Source of the DNA: the human T2T-CHM13v2.0 reference genome, Homo sapiens
Assembly: GCF_009914755.1 (NCBI RefSeq)
Contig: NC_060936.1
Direction: 5' to 3' (one strand)
Length of the DNA: 64,000 nt
The notes beneath the pieces are model-generated. The model did not search any database and was not told where the DNA came from. It was given only the letters and a program-made list of their open reading frames with translations. The position numbers were made by a program, and so were the translations under genes. Below, one piece after another: positions 45,904 through 64,000 of the stretch; positions within the stretch are counted from its first letter, which is position 1, and every line of letters starts with the position of its first letter.

Positions 45904-49754
<3,851 letters not shown>

Positions 49755-50009
49755 ACAATGAGAACACATGGACACAGGAAGGGGAACATCACACTCTGAG
49801 GACTGTTGTGGGGTTGGGGGAGGGGGGAGGGATAGCATTGGGAGATATACCTAAGGCTAGATGACGAGTTAGTGGGTGCAGCACACCAGCATGGCACATG
49901 TATACGTATGTTACTAACCTGCACAATGTGCACATGTACCCTAAAACTTAAAGTATAATAATAAAAGAAAAAAAAAGAAAAGACAAATATTTAAAGTAAT
50001 GGATATCCC

Positions 50010-50158
50010 TTGGGCTAGGGGAGGGATAGCATTAGGAGAAATACCTAATGTAGATGACGGGTTGATGGGTGCAGCAAACCACCAAGGCGTGTGTATACCT
50101 ATGTAACACACCTGCACGTTCTGCACATGTATCCTACAACTTGAAGTATAATTTTAAA
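50010..50158 (+). mobile_element. 5'-truncated older L1PA (about L1PA7/8-like) 3' end with its own TSD, inside an L1MA-like 3' end
   Basis: GGGAGGGATAGCATTAGGAGAAATACCTAATGTAGATGACGGG..., flanked by AAAGT(A/G)ATGGATATCCC at 49993-50009 and 50159-50175. Confidence 0.8.
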
Positions 50159-50980
50159 AAAGTGATGGATATCCCAAGTTACACTAATATGACCTTTATA
50201 CATTATATGACTGTATTAAATTACCATGATGTACATTCACTACTCATTAATACAAATTTTTTTAACGAAAATAAAATAGATATTTAAAATGTGAAAAAAA
50301 ATTAAAATAAAGATATAAAGAAAGAAAATATCTTTGTACAGCTGTACAATGTGTTTGTGTTTTAAGCTAAGTGTTATTACAAGAGTCAAAAAGTTTTTTA
50401 AAATTTAGAAGTTTATAAAGTAAAAAAGTTATAGCAAGCTAAGGTTAATTAGAAGAAAGAAAATTTTAAAAATAAATTTAGTATAGCCTAAATATATGGT
50501 GTTTATAAAGTTTACAGTAGTGTCCCAGGCCTTCAGATTCACTCACCGCTCACTCACTGATTGACTCAGAGCAACTTCCAGCCCTGTAAGCTCCATTCAT
50601 GGTAAATTCCCTACACAGGTGGACTAGTTTTTGTCTTTTATACTTTATTTTTTACTGTACCCTTTCTACATTTAGAAATATTTAGATACACAAATACTTA
50701 CCATTGTGTTACAATTGCCAACAGTATTTACAGTAACATGCTGTACAGGTTTGCAGCCAAGAAGCAATATAGCCTAGGTGTGTAGTAGGCTATACAATCT
50801 AGGTTTGTGAAGTACACTTTGTGATGTTTGTACAACAGTGAAATTGCCTAATGACATATTTCACAGCATCATGTAGTTAAGCAATGCATGACTGTATTGG
50901 GAAGAATAGCCCTTATTAAACCAGATCAAGGCTCGTTGCTCTCTGTGACAATACAGAATTTTCATGTTAAAAAAATTATA

Positions 50981-51300
<320 letters not shown>

Positions 51301-54300
51301 TTAATCAAGGGCTACAAGTGTAATCATGTCCATAAGATTATATACAATTCTTCCAAATGTATACTAATTTATTATTGTTTTTAGAAATGTTCCCCTAAAA
51401 GCAGTAGCCTAGAAACAAGATGAGTGTCTGCTCATCTTGTTTCTATAGCTATGTAAACTTCTAAAGAAAGAAGTGATTCCCAAGGAAAGAAAATTTGCTC
51501 CATGGTGCCAGGCTGTGTCCACCTAGACAGAACTAACTGCTTCTTTGACTACAAATGAAATTTATGTTGTGCCTTACTAGGCTCTGTGATACACTGGGAA
51601 AGTTGTTATCTCTTCCTTTTGTCAACTGGAGAAAAATGGAAAGAATTCAAATGTTTGATTCACTTTTGTCTTCAGAAAACCCAAAAACTTTTGGAAATTT
51701 AGTCACAGAATCTCAGAGAACAGCTACGCAAGTGGCACCTGACTTTTTGGCCCCGAGAATCCACTATAAGCCTACTTTTACAATGATGTGATTGAGAAAA
51801 TACATAAAGAACAAATGTAACTATAAGTTCAGTTAAGCTTTTAACTGAATTGTTTTTATTACTCCAACAGTGGCGTTTGAAAAATAGTACAAATCTATAG
51901 GAGATATGTTGCTTTTCAAGTCTACAGACAACACCACAGACCCCTTTATGCAATCACCCAAGGTTCCAAGGACCCCATGTCAGGAGAACTGCTGATTTAT
52001 ACCAAATTACCCATTTTGCAGCTGATGAAATGGAGGCACTGGACCTTGCTTAAGATTCCTCAGTTGAGTTTCTAGAAAAGTTGGAATTGAAATCTGGGTC
52101 CCCCACTTCCCTGTCCTGGATTCCTTCCCATTTGCTATCCTGCCTCCATTGATTTGGACATGGGCTGTGCATGTACCTGAGATCAACTCTAGAAGGTGCA
52201 GAAAGTATCCACTCTATGGCCCCTTCTGCCTCCTCCTGGCAAGTTTGCCTCTGTCCATTGCAATGTCCCTGATGTGGGATATTTTGGAGTCTGAGCAAAG
52301 CCTCTTCTCTTCTGCTGCTGGTTTACTCTTCCCCTCTGTTCAAGGTACTGTATAACACCAGGCTTCTAAATACAAAAGAGGAGAAGTCTAGGAAAGTATT
52401 CTTTTCAGCCAGATGTTTCTAAAGCATTAAAGACCAATTAAAAATTAAGGAATAAAAATAAAAAAGAAATTCAAGAGTAACAAAAAAAACTTAGAAAAGC
52501 TCTCAGTGGGATGCAGAGTAATATCTAACAGTTTACTAAACCCCTAAACACATTTATGAGCCTCCTCCCTGAGGAGTAAGACTATAATAAAATAAGTGAA
52601 GGGAAATCAACATTTTTATGACATGCTGAGCTCATGTCATTATTCTTCTTTTGGGCCAAAGTTGATCATATCTGTGTAAAGTGTCTTTCAGAAAGGTTAT
52701 CTCTCCCTCTCCCCCTCACTTAATAAAAAGTTTGGGTAAGGCTAATCAGGAAGTGGAAAGTGAGTATTTTGGAATATTGAGCTTCTACTCTAAGGAACCA
52801 TCTGAATGTGATGAATTAGATTTTAATCCATGGAACCAGTAAAGATTTAAGTAGACAGGAGAGTTAGATATTAAAAAGTAAAGAGCCTGTGGAGAAAAGC
52901 ATCTATGGAATTCTATAGAATATATTAGAGTTGGTGAAGATTTTTTAAAAATCTGGAATTCATGCTCATTTTGTTTTGGAGACCATGACTCTGAGAAAAG
53001 TGAATGGCCAGAAGAAAATGGTCCCCCATTTTAAAGAACTCAGCCATCGACTGGTGGGGCTCATTGGCTTCTTCATAGTGCATGAGTCTGGTTCAGTGAA
53101 GGGAAGAGAAATGTATCCAAGATGCTGTACTGGACTCAGCCAGTACAAGTACAACACAGTCTTACAAGTAGTGCAATATACACCTTCTACCATGACAGGA
53201 GTATGCTTTTTTTGGGCACCATCCTAAATCTTTACTCTCCAGAAGTTTCTAATTTAGTTTGTTGGGAGAGCTCATCTACCAATTGTGAAATATATCTCCA
53301 ACTTTATAATGAAAACTGCAGGGGATGTACTATATGAAGCTTATAATGAATATCACTGGAAGGCATTTGTAAAATGAGATCAACCCTAGAAGGTGCTGAA
53401 AGTATGACTTTATGACTTCCTGTATGACTACTGGAAGATTTATGGGTTTCTTATAACCAGCCTTTCAGAGTCAAATAGTCTTGTTTCAGAGAAGTGTCAA
53501 ATGGAAGGTGTTTTATGGGAGATTTAAATCTTATTTCTTGCGTTTGAAAAATCATTTTTATAATTCTGATCTGCAAGATTATCTTTCCTCATTCCCACCT
53601 ATTTATTGCTGTTTTTTAAAAAAAACCTTACCCCACCAGGTACTCAATTGTATTCATAGGGTTCTATGTCTCCAGGACCTGAAAACACAGTTCTGTGGAA
53701 GAAGACAAATCTGTAGTTCTGTTGCCAGAATTTATAACGAGCTCTTTTTCTGCAAATTCAGCAGGCAAGTAGGACAAAAGGTAGGAGAAGAAAACACACA
53801 GGATAGAGAAGTCCTGGTTTCCACTTCTCTTTATGCCTCATTTGCGTTGTAAATTTACAACCTTCTGTGGAAGCAGTCTTAAGCAAAACTAATAGTAGAG
53901 ACGTGTTTGAAAATTATTACTGGAATAGCTAGAATCCAAGAAATCTGGAGGACTTTTTGGCAGCATATGTGTTTACTTGTAAAGGAAAATAAATATTCAA
54001 TTTTCTAGAAACTCCTCATATATCAGGACCCATTTCTTCTTAATGGAAAGCACCATGTTGGGTTCAGAAACTTGCCCTGCCTTCCAGTTCTGTCTTGCTT
54101 CCTTTTGCTAATAGAATAAGGAGTCTAGCTTCCCATGTTCTTTCTCAGCATCCCTCTGCACCCTTCCCCTGGGAACTTTCCCTGTGAATGTGTAAGAGGA
54201 AAGTTTTTTGGAGGTTAAATTGGTCTTCCCTCTTCTTTTCCTTACTCTTTCCCTGGCTCTCTTCCTTCCATCCTTTCACCCATATTCATTGAGCACCACT

Positions 54301-54811
54301 GTGAGCCCAGCATTACCCTATCTGGGATACAACAGTGAACAGGATGTAGTCTTCAAGGAGCTCACAGTTAGGTGAATGGGTAAGTAAACTAGTCATTCCA
54401 CCTAGTGAAAGGAGTTGTAACCAGGATAGGGATGTTTAGGAGTGATTGTCCCCAAGTATTGTGTACTGTTGCTTTTGCTTTCTATCCTGAAACTTGAACA
54501 TAGATCTAAATCTGCAAATTAAAAAAAAAAAAAAGACTGCCAAAACTTCATAAAGTTATTTTGTTAGGTGTACTTAGCGACCCACTAAATGATTGCTTTC
54601 ACTATCTACTTTAAAAAGATACATTAAAAATATAGCCTTAACAACATTCATCTGAATGGTTACCTTTCCAAAATTGCATTTAAAATGCCTTTTGGGTGAT
54701 GACAGGAGCCTAGCCACTCCCTGGGCTCCCTCCCTGCAAGCCTGCTCTGGCCCCACACCAGCAGCCTGATTCCTCCCTTCAGCTGGCTGCATCTCAGGCC
54801 TTACTTTAGAC

Positions 54812-55043
54812 CAAGCTTGTCCAACCCGCGGCCCATGGGCCGGCCACATGCGGCCCAGGACGGCTTTGAATGTGGCCCAGCACAAATTTGTAAACTTTCT
54901 TAAAACATTATGAGGTTTTTTTTTTGTAATTTTTTTTTTTTTTAGCCCTTCAGCTATCATTAGTGTTAGTGTATTTTATGTGTGGCCCAAGACAATTCTT
55001 CTTCCAGTGTGGCCTAGGGAAGCCAGAAGACTGGACACCCCTG
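54812..55043. mobile_element. MER30 (hAT-Charlie MITE)
   Basis: CAAGCTTGTCCAACCCGCGGCCC...TGGACACCCCTG with an 8-bp TSD C(T/C)TTAGAC at 54804-54811 and 55044-55051. Confidence 0.85.
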
Positions 55044-56459
55044 CCTTAGACTTTAAGCTCAATTTTTTTCCTACATGGATCACATTTCACATTTTCCCAG
55101 AATAGCAAAATTGTGGACTCTGGAATTAGATGGTTTGAATTGGAAACTCTTTATTCCTATCCACAAGCTGAGTCCTTAGTGCCTCACTTAGCTTATCTGT
55201 CAAGCGGGGATAACCTCACTCTTGGACTTTTGTAAGGCACTCAGAACAATGTTCAATGAAGAGTAGGTGTTAACAAATAGTAGGTGTAATTATCATTGTT
55301 ATCCTTCAGTGCAAAAATATATGTCCCACAGAATTTCCTCTAACATTTCATGTTCAAGTTATTAAGCAATTGGGAAAGCATGCTCAATTTTTTTTTTTAT
55401 AAGTTTTGCTTATCTTTAGAGACCACAAACTCTACTTGTATGAAGAAGGTTAACGTTTCATTATTTTACTGTAGGGATAGTTTTGCTCCTATTTTTCTTC
55501 ATTTTTACCCACTCTCTCCACTGCCCTTGGACCTATTCTCTATTTTAACAGGATATGTTAAGCAGCAGAGAGGTCACAGAAGTAGGCAGGGTTGAAAAAT
55601 CAATAGGGACCAATATACATTTGATGCTAGGCCGTGGTGCTACCTGGACTCAACTCTAAAGGGATTATTCTATGAAACAGTCCATCTCCTATCTCCATGC
55701 TTTCTCCTGGGATCTCCAGGAGTAGTTCTTTCTCCTTGCTAGTGTCCAAATGTTATATTTTTTCATAGCCTTTGCTTTCACTCAGAAAAATAAATATGAC
55801 TAATGAGTATGTCCCTACTCCTTTGCAACTTCATATGAGCTAGGCTTCAGTTGAGCAGAGAAGTTGACTTTAGGGCCTGTTATACTCACTCGAGAAGTAA
55901 TATCAGGATCAAAAGAAGATCAACAGGAAGGCAGATGCTAGCTCAGTAGAAGGGAAAACTGGTATTTAGCATTGCCCAGCAGAAGAATGGGCAGTGAGTC
56001 CCTTGTCACTGGAGGTGTTCAAACAGAGATTCCTTGGTTATTTATTTCTTTTTTTACATTAGCGTGTGTGATTCTGAGATAGCAATACTAAGATGGATAA
56101 AAAAGAATCCAGATAATCTAAAGATAATAATTTCAATTAACAATGTTCATTCACAAACTAGATAGGAAATAAAACTATCATTAGCTTGTCATTAATCAAA
56201 GAAAGACAGTTTCCATAGATTGAGCAAGACATTATGCCAGGGGTTACAGAGGATTCAAAGAATATTAGTAGACATTCCCTATTCTGGAATTGTCAGGAAA
56301 GGCAAAAATACATGAAAAGTTAAGTAATAATACAGAGGTAATATGCCCTTCAGTATGGTGACAGATATATCACTGATTGATGACTGCATTGATGGTTCAG
56401 TAATAAGTGCTATGGCATTGGAAAGGAGGGATCTGTGAGCTGCAGACCTAGTTGGGGAT

Positions 56460-57197
<738 letters not shown>

Positions 57198-57260
57198 TGA
57201 CTTCTTGCAGAAGGAGGAGAATAAACTAGATCTATAAGAAACAGGATAGAGATTAGATGA

Positions 57261-57467
<207 letters not shown>

Positions 57468-57997
57468 TGACACTATTCTTTGGCTTTGCGGGGCCAGGCC
57501 AACTAACAAGTTGTAAAAGCATTGCTGGAGTGAGGAGCAGGGGCAAAGGCTGCAGCCTGCCTGCCACGCATATCCATGGGACTGTGTGTTATAATCGATG
57601 CCACCCTAACCACTAATGAGGCATTAGAAATGGTCACTCACTGTCAGACAAGTTGTGGTTGATCTCCATGGATGTTCATAATTTATTTGAACTTCCTGAC
57701 CTCTTCTATTCTGACTACATTTTTAGTTTGTCTTCTGTTTTCTGAAACAGATTGCATTTCATGTTGCACCTCCATTTTCAATAAATTTTGATTTAGTAGG
57801 ACTTCCATGGTCCAGAAATTCTTTTGAATGTTATAGGGGATGTTTATTGGAGCCTGAGTTTTTATTAGTTTTTCTAATAGGTACTATAACCCCCCAAAAA
57901 GCCTTCTCCCCTTCCTTTTCCTCCTGTTTGTTTTCCATTTGAATACAAATGGAATCTCTTGACCTGGGAAACTCTTACTTCCCATTCTGTAATTTGA

Positions 57998-58162
<165 letters not shown>

Positions 58163-58758
58163 TAGGTAAGCCTCCCCAGCATGCCCTGGTTGTTTCTGGA
58201 ATTTACCCATGGCTCTGGGTTTTTAAGACTGCAGTGGAAGCTAAAGCTACATGATAAAATCAATGTGTGCTTACATTGCTCCTTAAGTGAAAACATCTTT
58301 ATTACATGGTGGGAGAAAGAATCATAAAACAGTTGGTATTAGCAAATGTCAATAAGCCACGGCCCTAGTGATTCCCGTCTCCTGGTTTAATGGATGGGTC
58401 CAAAGCAGAAAGCCTAGGGAGCAGCTCTGTTGCTGACTCTCTGAGGGCACATATCAAGGGCACAGAGCTGCCAGTTAATTTTATAGACAAGAAAGACATT
58501 GTTGCTCATGGCTCCAAGTTACAAGTGAGGTGACATTTGTATATTTTAATAACAAGGGATATCATTTTAATTGCTGAAAAAATATAACTTAGCTTTTCAG
58601 ATAGGAGGAAAAAATCAGATATGGCAAAAGTTATCGGGACATCCATCTCCAGTGTATGCCTTATCACCTGTATCAAGGTAATGATACTTCTAGAAGCAGA
58701 GGGTGCAAGTTGCTTCAAAGAGTACAGTGTGCCAGTTGTAGGGATTAAGAATGGAGAG

Positions 58759-59037
58759 GGCTGGGCGTGGTGGCTCACGCCTGTAGTTTCAGCACTTTGG
58801 GAGGCTGAGGCAGAAGGACTGCTTGAGCCGAGTTAAAGGTCAAGACCAGCCTGGGCAACATGATGAGATCCTGTCTCTCCAAACAAACAAACAAACAAAA
58901 TATTAGCTGGGCATGATGGCACACACCTGTGGTCCCAGCTAATTGGTGGGAGGATCTTTTGAGCCCAGGAGGTCGAGGCTGCAGTAAGCTGTGTGTTTGC
59001 ACCACTGTACTCCAGCCTGGATGACAAAGTGCAACCC

Positions 59038-59077
<40 letters not shown>
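58759..59077 (+). mobile_element. AluJ whose tail is a (CA)n microsatellite (59041-59077)
   Basis: Diverged Alu dimer ending in an uninterrupted CA run. Confidence 0.88.
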
Positions 59078-59081
<4 letters not shown>

Positions 59082-60480
59082 TGGGGGAGTTATTTTTCTT
59101 AATTTGATAACTGTTTCTTAGGCACCTCCTAGATTAAAGGCAAGGCCTGTAATCTGAACTAGTGTCACAAATCCTGTGGGTTTTCAGCCTCATTTCTTTT
59201 CCAACCTGATATAACCTGGGCTTCAAGTTGATGGCTGTGAGTTATAAAAATAACATGTATGGTGCTTTATGATTTATGACCTCTATGTTCATTATCTCAT
59301 TGAATTCTCACAAAATCCCCATGAAGTTGGTATAATGTATCCCTGTTTTGTAGTTAAATTTCAGTTAAACTTGAAAAAGTTTGCCTAAGATCACCTATAA
59401 GTGGCAGATACAGCTATTAATTAATGTGGTAAGATGACATAGTGAAGAGTCAGATGATTCAAGTTCAAGTCCTAGAACTTTGACAAGATGTTTATTCTCC
59501 CCAAATACCAATTTTTCAGCTATAAGATGGGGATACTTTCAAAACTGAGTTGGGTTGCTGTGAAGCATGCAGATAATGGGAGAGACATCTTAGGAAATGC
59601 ATTCCATTTATCTAAGCTTCCCCTAGTCAAACAAACTGCTCCTGATCCCAATGCAGATCTTTCTATTTTAAAAAGTACATTGATTCACTGAAATAACACT
59701 GTTCTCAATTTGGTGTGCAAGTTGCACTCTTATTTTTTTCAGCTGTATTGAGGTATAATTGACAAGCAAAAATTGTTTATATTCAAGATGTATAATGTTT
59801 CGTTTTGTTGTAATATACCTATCCAGTGCAAAATGCAAGATCTTTCCATTTCCTTTACTTTTGCTTTTTACCTTTTTAGCAACTTAGTTTAGCATTACTT
59901 AAAAATAAAATAACTGACTCTTTTTCCCATCGATCTGATTTTAAATTGTTTTTCCATGTAATTCAAGGGATGGTCAGGTAATAAGGAGAACTTGTTTTAG
60001 AGACAATATGTCTTTTTGCTGGAGTTTTTCGTTACAATACGAATCAAAGGAATTTCCCTTTTATCCAAGTATCTCTCTTAAAGGTGTGGGGGGAATCTAT
60101 GTATAAGCACTTGTCTTGCAATCTTCTCCATTACTAAATGGTAATTAGAATTATAACAATTTTAGCAGATTCAGATTCTAAAAGTACCTGATATTTCCTC
60201 CTAGTGTTGCTCAAAAGGGAGTGATTTAGGGTAGAAAAAATGTATTTATTATTCTAGGGGCATTATTAGTTTGGGGCTTTGCCTCATTTGTCTTCAGAAA
60301 TCTGTGTCTCTTTAAAGGGGACTAAAGTCATTTCCTGTGTGAAAAAGCCATTTCTTGGTCTAGGATTTGACTTTCCATCATTGTTTTTTTCTGTGTGTTC
60401 TAAAAAACTATAACTTTTTATGGTATATTTTATATTAAGACCTGAAAGAGATCACTCTGAATTTGACAGGTATATCCTAA

Positions 60481-60714
<234 letters not shown>

Positions 60715-61794
60715 TAAGTGCATGGCTGTAAAAAACAATTTCATTTTTATCATTAGTTGAATATGAAGTCTGGATTTACTTCACAATTTGGTCAGTCGTT
60801 AAGAGGCAGAAAGCTATCAGTTTGTGTTAACTAATGATGGTTTGAGAGGTGGCCTATTTGAAGGAAAGGTTTTCAAAATGAGGGCTGTGATCATCCAGGC
60901 TTTCTTCAGGGAATAGAAGGGCTCTAACCTCTATACCCATGCCTACAAAGTGGGAGTGATTTTGGTTTGATACTCATAAGCTATAGACTTCCCCTGACTT
61001 TCTCACTTGGTGAGAGAGAATTGGAATGGCAACAAGAGTAATAACATGCCCCCCGATGGGAAGATGCACAGCTCCCAGTAGCAATGTTAATGCAGACACC
61101 ACTCCTATTTTCCAAAAGACAGAAAAAAAAAAAAAAAGGAACCAGAGTTTGGAATTGGACAGACCAGGGTCCAAGGATTCTGTCACTTACTAATTCTGTG
61201 ATCTTGGACAAGCCACTTATCTTCTTTGAGCTACTGTTTCTTTATCTGTAATATAAGTATTACATGACACCATAGCACATAGAGCTGCTGTGAGAATTAT
61301 TAATAATGGTGAAATTAATAACTGCCATTTGCTGAGCACAGACTATATGCCAGACTTTAATACTGGGTCATAAAATCCTCACAGCAACCCTCCCAGGTTG
61401 GTTTTTTTTTCTTAGTTTATATTTTTGAGATTGGGACACTTGGGTTTAGAGTTTCAGGACACATAAAAAAAAAAAAAACACATTCTGAAAATCACAGGTA
61501 GTAAGTGATGGAGCTGGGCTTCAAATTCAGTCCACCCTCTCAGCCATCACTGTCTTGTCCTGCCTCCCCAGTGAGATGAGACATGTAAGGACACTGCCCT
61601 TTCCTGACACACAGTAAGCACACAATAAATGGTAGCTTTTATTAGGACTACCTTTCCTCCTAAATCACAAAACTCTAACTTAACCTATTCTTATCAGATA
61701 TTTTAAATGATTATGGCACTTAAAGACTTTCCACTAAAAAATTATGCAATGAGCTACTTTCCATGAAGATAAATGGTTTTTTGTGTCTCCTGAT

Positions 61795-61985
61795 TTTAGT
61801 CTCTCCTTTCCATCCCCCTCCACATTTCCTTTCTTCTTCCCTTCCTTTTCTATCACTCTTTCCCTTCCCTCTGTCCTCCCCTCTCTCCCTCTGCTTGCCC
61901 AGCTCTGTTTTCCTCCTCCATCCTTCACCGCACGCCTTCTGCCTCTTCCTCCGTCTTATTCAGTCTTCATACTCTTTTTTTCATC
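61795..61985 (+). repeat. CT-rich low-complexity tract
   Basis: Strongly pyrimidine-biased stretch of about 190 nt. Confidence 0.8.
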
Positions 61986-62727
61986 AACTTTGCCTCTGTG
62001 AGGAACCAATGTCACTCAACCCAACTGCTTGCCTTGGAAAGGTTTCTTTTAAGCAGCTAATATTTTGTGACTCAGAACCTACCATATTTCAAGGCAGAGC
62101 AAAAGCTAAATGTACTATTCTTATAAACTGAAAGTGCTATTATCTAGCACTCCTTGAGTAACCTGGAATAACATTTTCTTATTCATCTCTAGCTTTTAGT
62201 GGAAGGAAATAAGGTTATATGCTATATCCCCTGAAGTGGCAGATCACCTTGAGCTGCTAAATCAGGACTTTTAGTTTACAAACCATTTTTCGTAAAATGG
62301 ATGACTTAAAAATAACATACATACTCAACTGAGATTGTAGGTTGCCCCAACTTGTGCAAAAGGATTGTTCCCAAAGACAAATAGATCTCATCCTCTTGAT
62401 GATGATTAATGGGGCCAACCTCCAGAGAAGAAGAACCGTACTTTCTGGCAGACTTTCAACTCTGATAGCTTTAAAATCTAGTGATTTCTGGTAGGACTCA
62501 CTCCCAAACTCCTACCTGTATTTATTTGCCTTTTTATTTTAAACAATATCTGCCTAGACCCGGAATTTGCAAAATCAAAAATCCTGAAAGCTTCATATAA
62601 ATGCAAACTCAGTGCCAGTGGAAAGAGAAGGAATATATCCAAAAATTATAAAAAATACATATGGAGATAAGTTTTGATGTGAGACAACATAAGTCATAAG
62701 ATTAGGTTTTAAAAACTATCATACACA

Positions 62728-62865
62728 GCCAGGCTAACGTCTGTAATCCCAGCACTTTGGGTGGCCGAGGCGTTAGGGTTGCTTGAGCCCAGGAGTTGGA
62801 ACCAGCCTGGGCAACATAGCGAGATCTTGTCTCTATAAAAAAATAGAAAAGAAAGAAAAAAAGAA
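62728..62865 (+). mobile_element. Alu monomer (FLAM-like)
   Basis: CTGTAATCCCAGCACTTTGGG...CTTGAGCCCAGGAGTT followed by an A-rich tail. Confidence 0.75.
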
Positions 62866-63094
62866 ACCATCATATACTATTTCGATAGCTATCTGAGATT
62901 GGGTTTCCTTTTGTAGTAATGAGATGTGAGCTGGCCTATTGGCATCGGTGAGCTTTGTGTGATACAATGCCTATTGTGAACTTTGAATGGATTTCCAAGT
63001 TACGTTCCCATTAGATCCTCCTCTTATCAAGATGTATCCTAGTAGAAGCTGGTAACTGCTTTTTCAGGTGCTCTTTCTTTTCTTTGTCTCTTGA

Positions 63095-63247
<153 letters not shown>

Positions 63248-63523
63248 TGAGAGAGGGATACATTGAGCAAATTGCCAGTGTTTTCCCTCCCTGGCCAACC
63301 CTAGTCACAGGGCTTGGCTCAGCCTCTTCCTTGTGTCCTTATGAAGTTGCCTTCTAAGGCAACTTCTGTTCTGTTGCTAGGACTGTTCTAGCAACACCCA
63401 TCAAAAGCTGTGATCCCAATACTTCTCCTACAGTCATTGAGGAAATGCTTTTTCAGCCTGTACTCTTTCCTACTGACTGTCAAATGCGTGTACGAAATGG
63501 ATCCTCTTTTATTCATTATTTAG

Positions 63524-63646
<123 letters not shown>

Positions 63647-63719
63647 TAAAAAAAAATCACTTTAACCACAGTTAATTTTTACATTAATCTTCCTTTTTTT
63701 TTTTCTCCTTTTCTGACAG

Positions 63720-63806
63720 GATTTAGCTGACTGTTCAACTGATCCTTATTTTGCTGGGATATTCTTCACCGATTACTTCTTTTACTTCTATCGACGCTGT
63801 GCCTAA
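63720..63806 (+). CDS. MYRFL: MYRFL terminal coding exon Q to the stop codon
   Basis: Long pyrimidine tract and cAG 63718-63719. Encodes DLADCSTDPYFAGIFFTDYFFYFYRRCA, then TAA 63804-63806; MYRF-like Y-x-F-x-FYR-x-C terminus. Confidence 0.95.
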   Translation, partial: DLADCSTDPYFAGIFFTDYFFYFYRRCA

Positions 63807-63975
63807 TTTGTTCAAGTTTGGGGACTTTACCAAAGAAAAATACTCAGGAATACATTTAACAGAAACGAACATCCTCTTGCAACTTCTTTTTTCTTCTTTG
63901 TAAAACATTTACGTTTATTGCTGAAGGACTTTTTCAGGCTTTAGCTTCCAACAGTTTTGAGACATTAATGAGGAG

Positions 63976-63981
63976 AATAAA
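63976..63981 (+). terminator. MYRFL: Polyadenylation signal AATAAA for MYRFL (3' UTR from 63807)
   Basis: Canonical AATAAA about 170 nt after the stop codon. Confidence 0.7.
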
Positions 63982-64000
63982 ATGTTTGCTGAAACTTGAA

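Noticed and set aside
49809-49831. G-quadruplex-forming tract
   Set aside because: Standard feature of the L1 3'UTR, nothing specific to this locus.

Overview
Primate, most likely human, genomic DNA (AluYa5-type, AluY/S/J and L1PA elements). The window holds the 3' part of MYRFL (myelin regulatory factor-like) on the + strand. I reconstructed 17 GT-AG coding exons (642..63806) by hand. Their phases are all compatible and they give an open frame of 583 full codons plus the stop (1753 nt, starting with 1 nt of a split codon). The frame runs from the end of the Ndt80-type DNA-binding domain through the phage-like intramolecular chaperone auto-protease (ICA, peptidase S74, intact MHP|SDSRAK Ser/Lys dyad), a coiled coil, one transmembrane helix and the lumenal C-terminal domain, to TAA and an AATAAA signal. 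The introns are repeat-rich. The most structured accessory region is 42.4-51.5 kb. There a near-full-length sense-strand L1PA2/3 lacks its YY1 site, has an open variant ORF1 and an ORF2 split by a 4-nt deletion, and carries a ~320-nt 3' transduction bounded by a TSD inside a Tigger3 DNA transposon. The whole block is bracketed by an unexplained ~118-bp direct repeat; one copy is interrupted by a young AluYa5 and is followed by a perfect 15-bp hairpin. Repeat family names come from recalled consensus sequences, not from a search, and most short ORFs in the supplied track are spurious.
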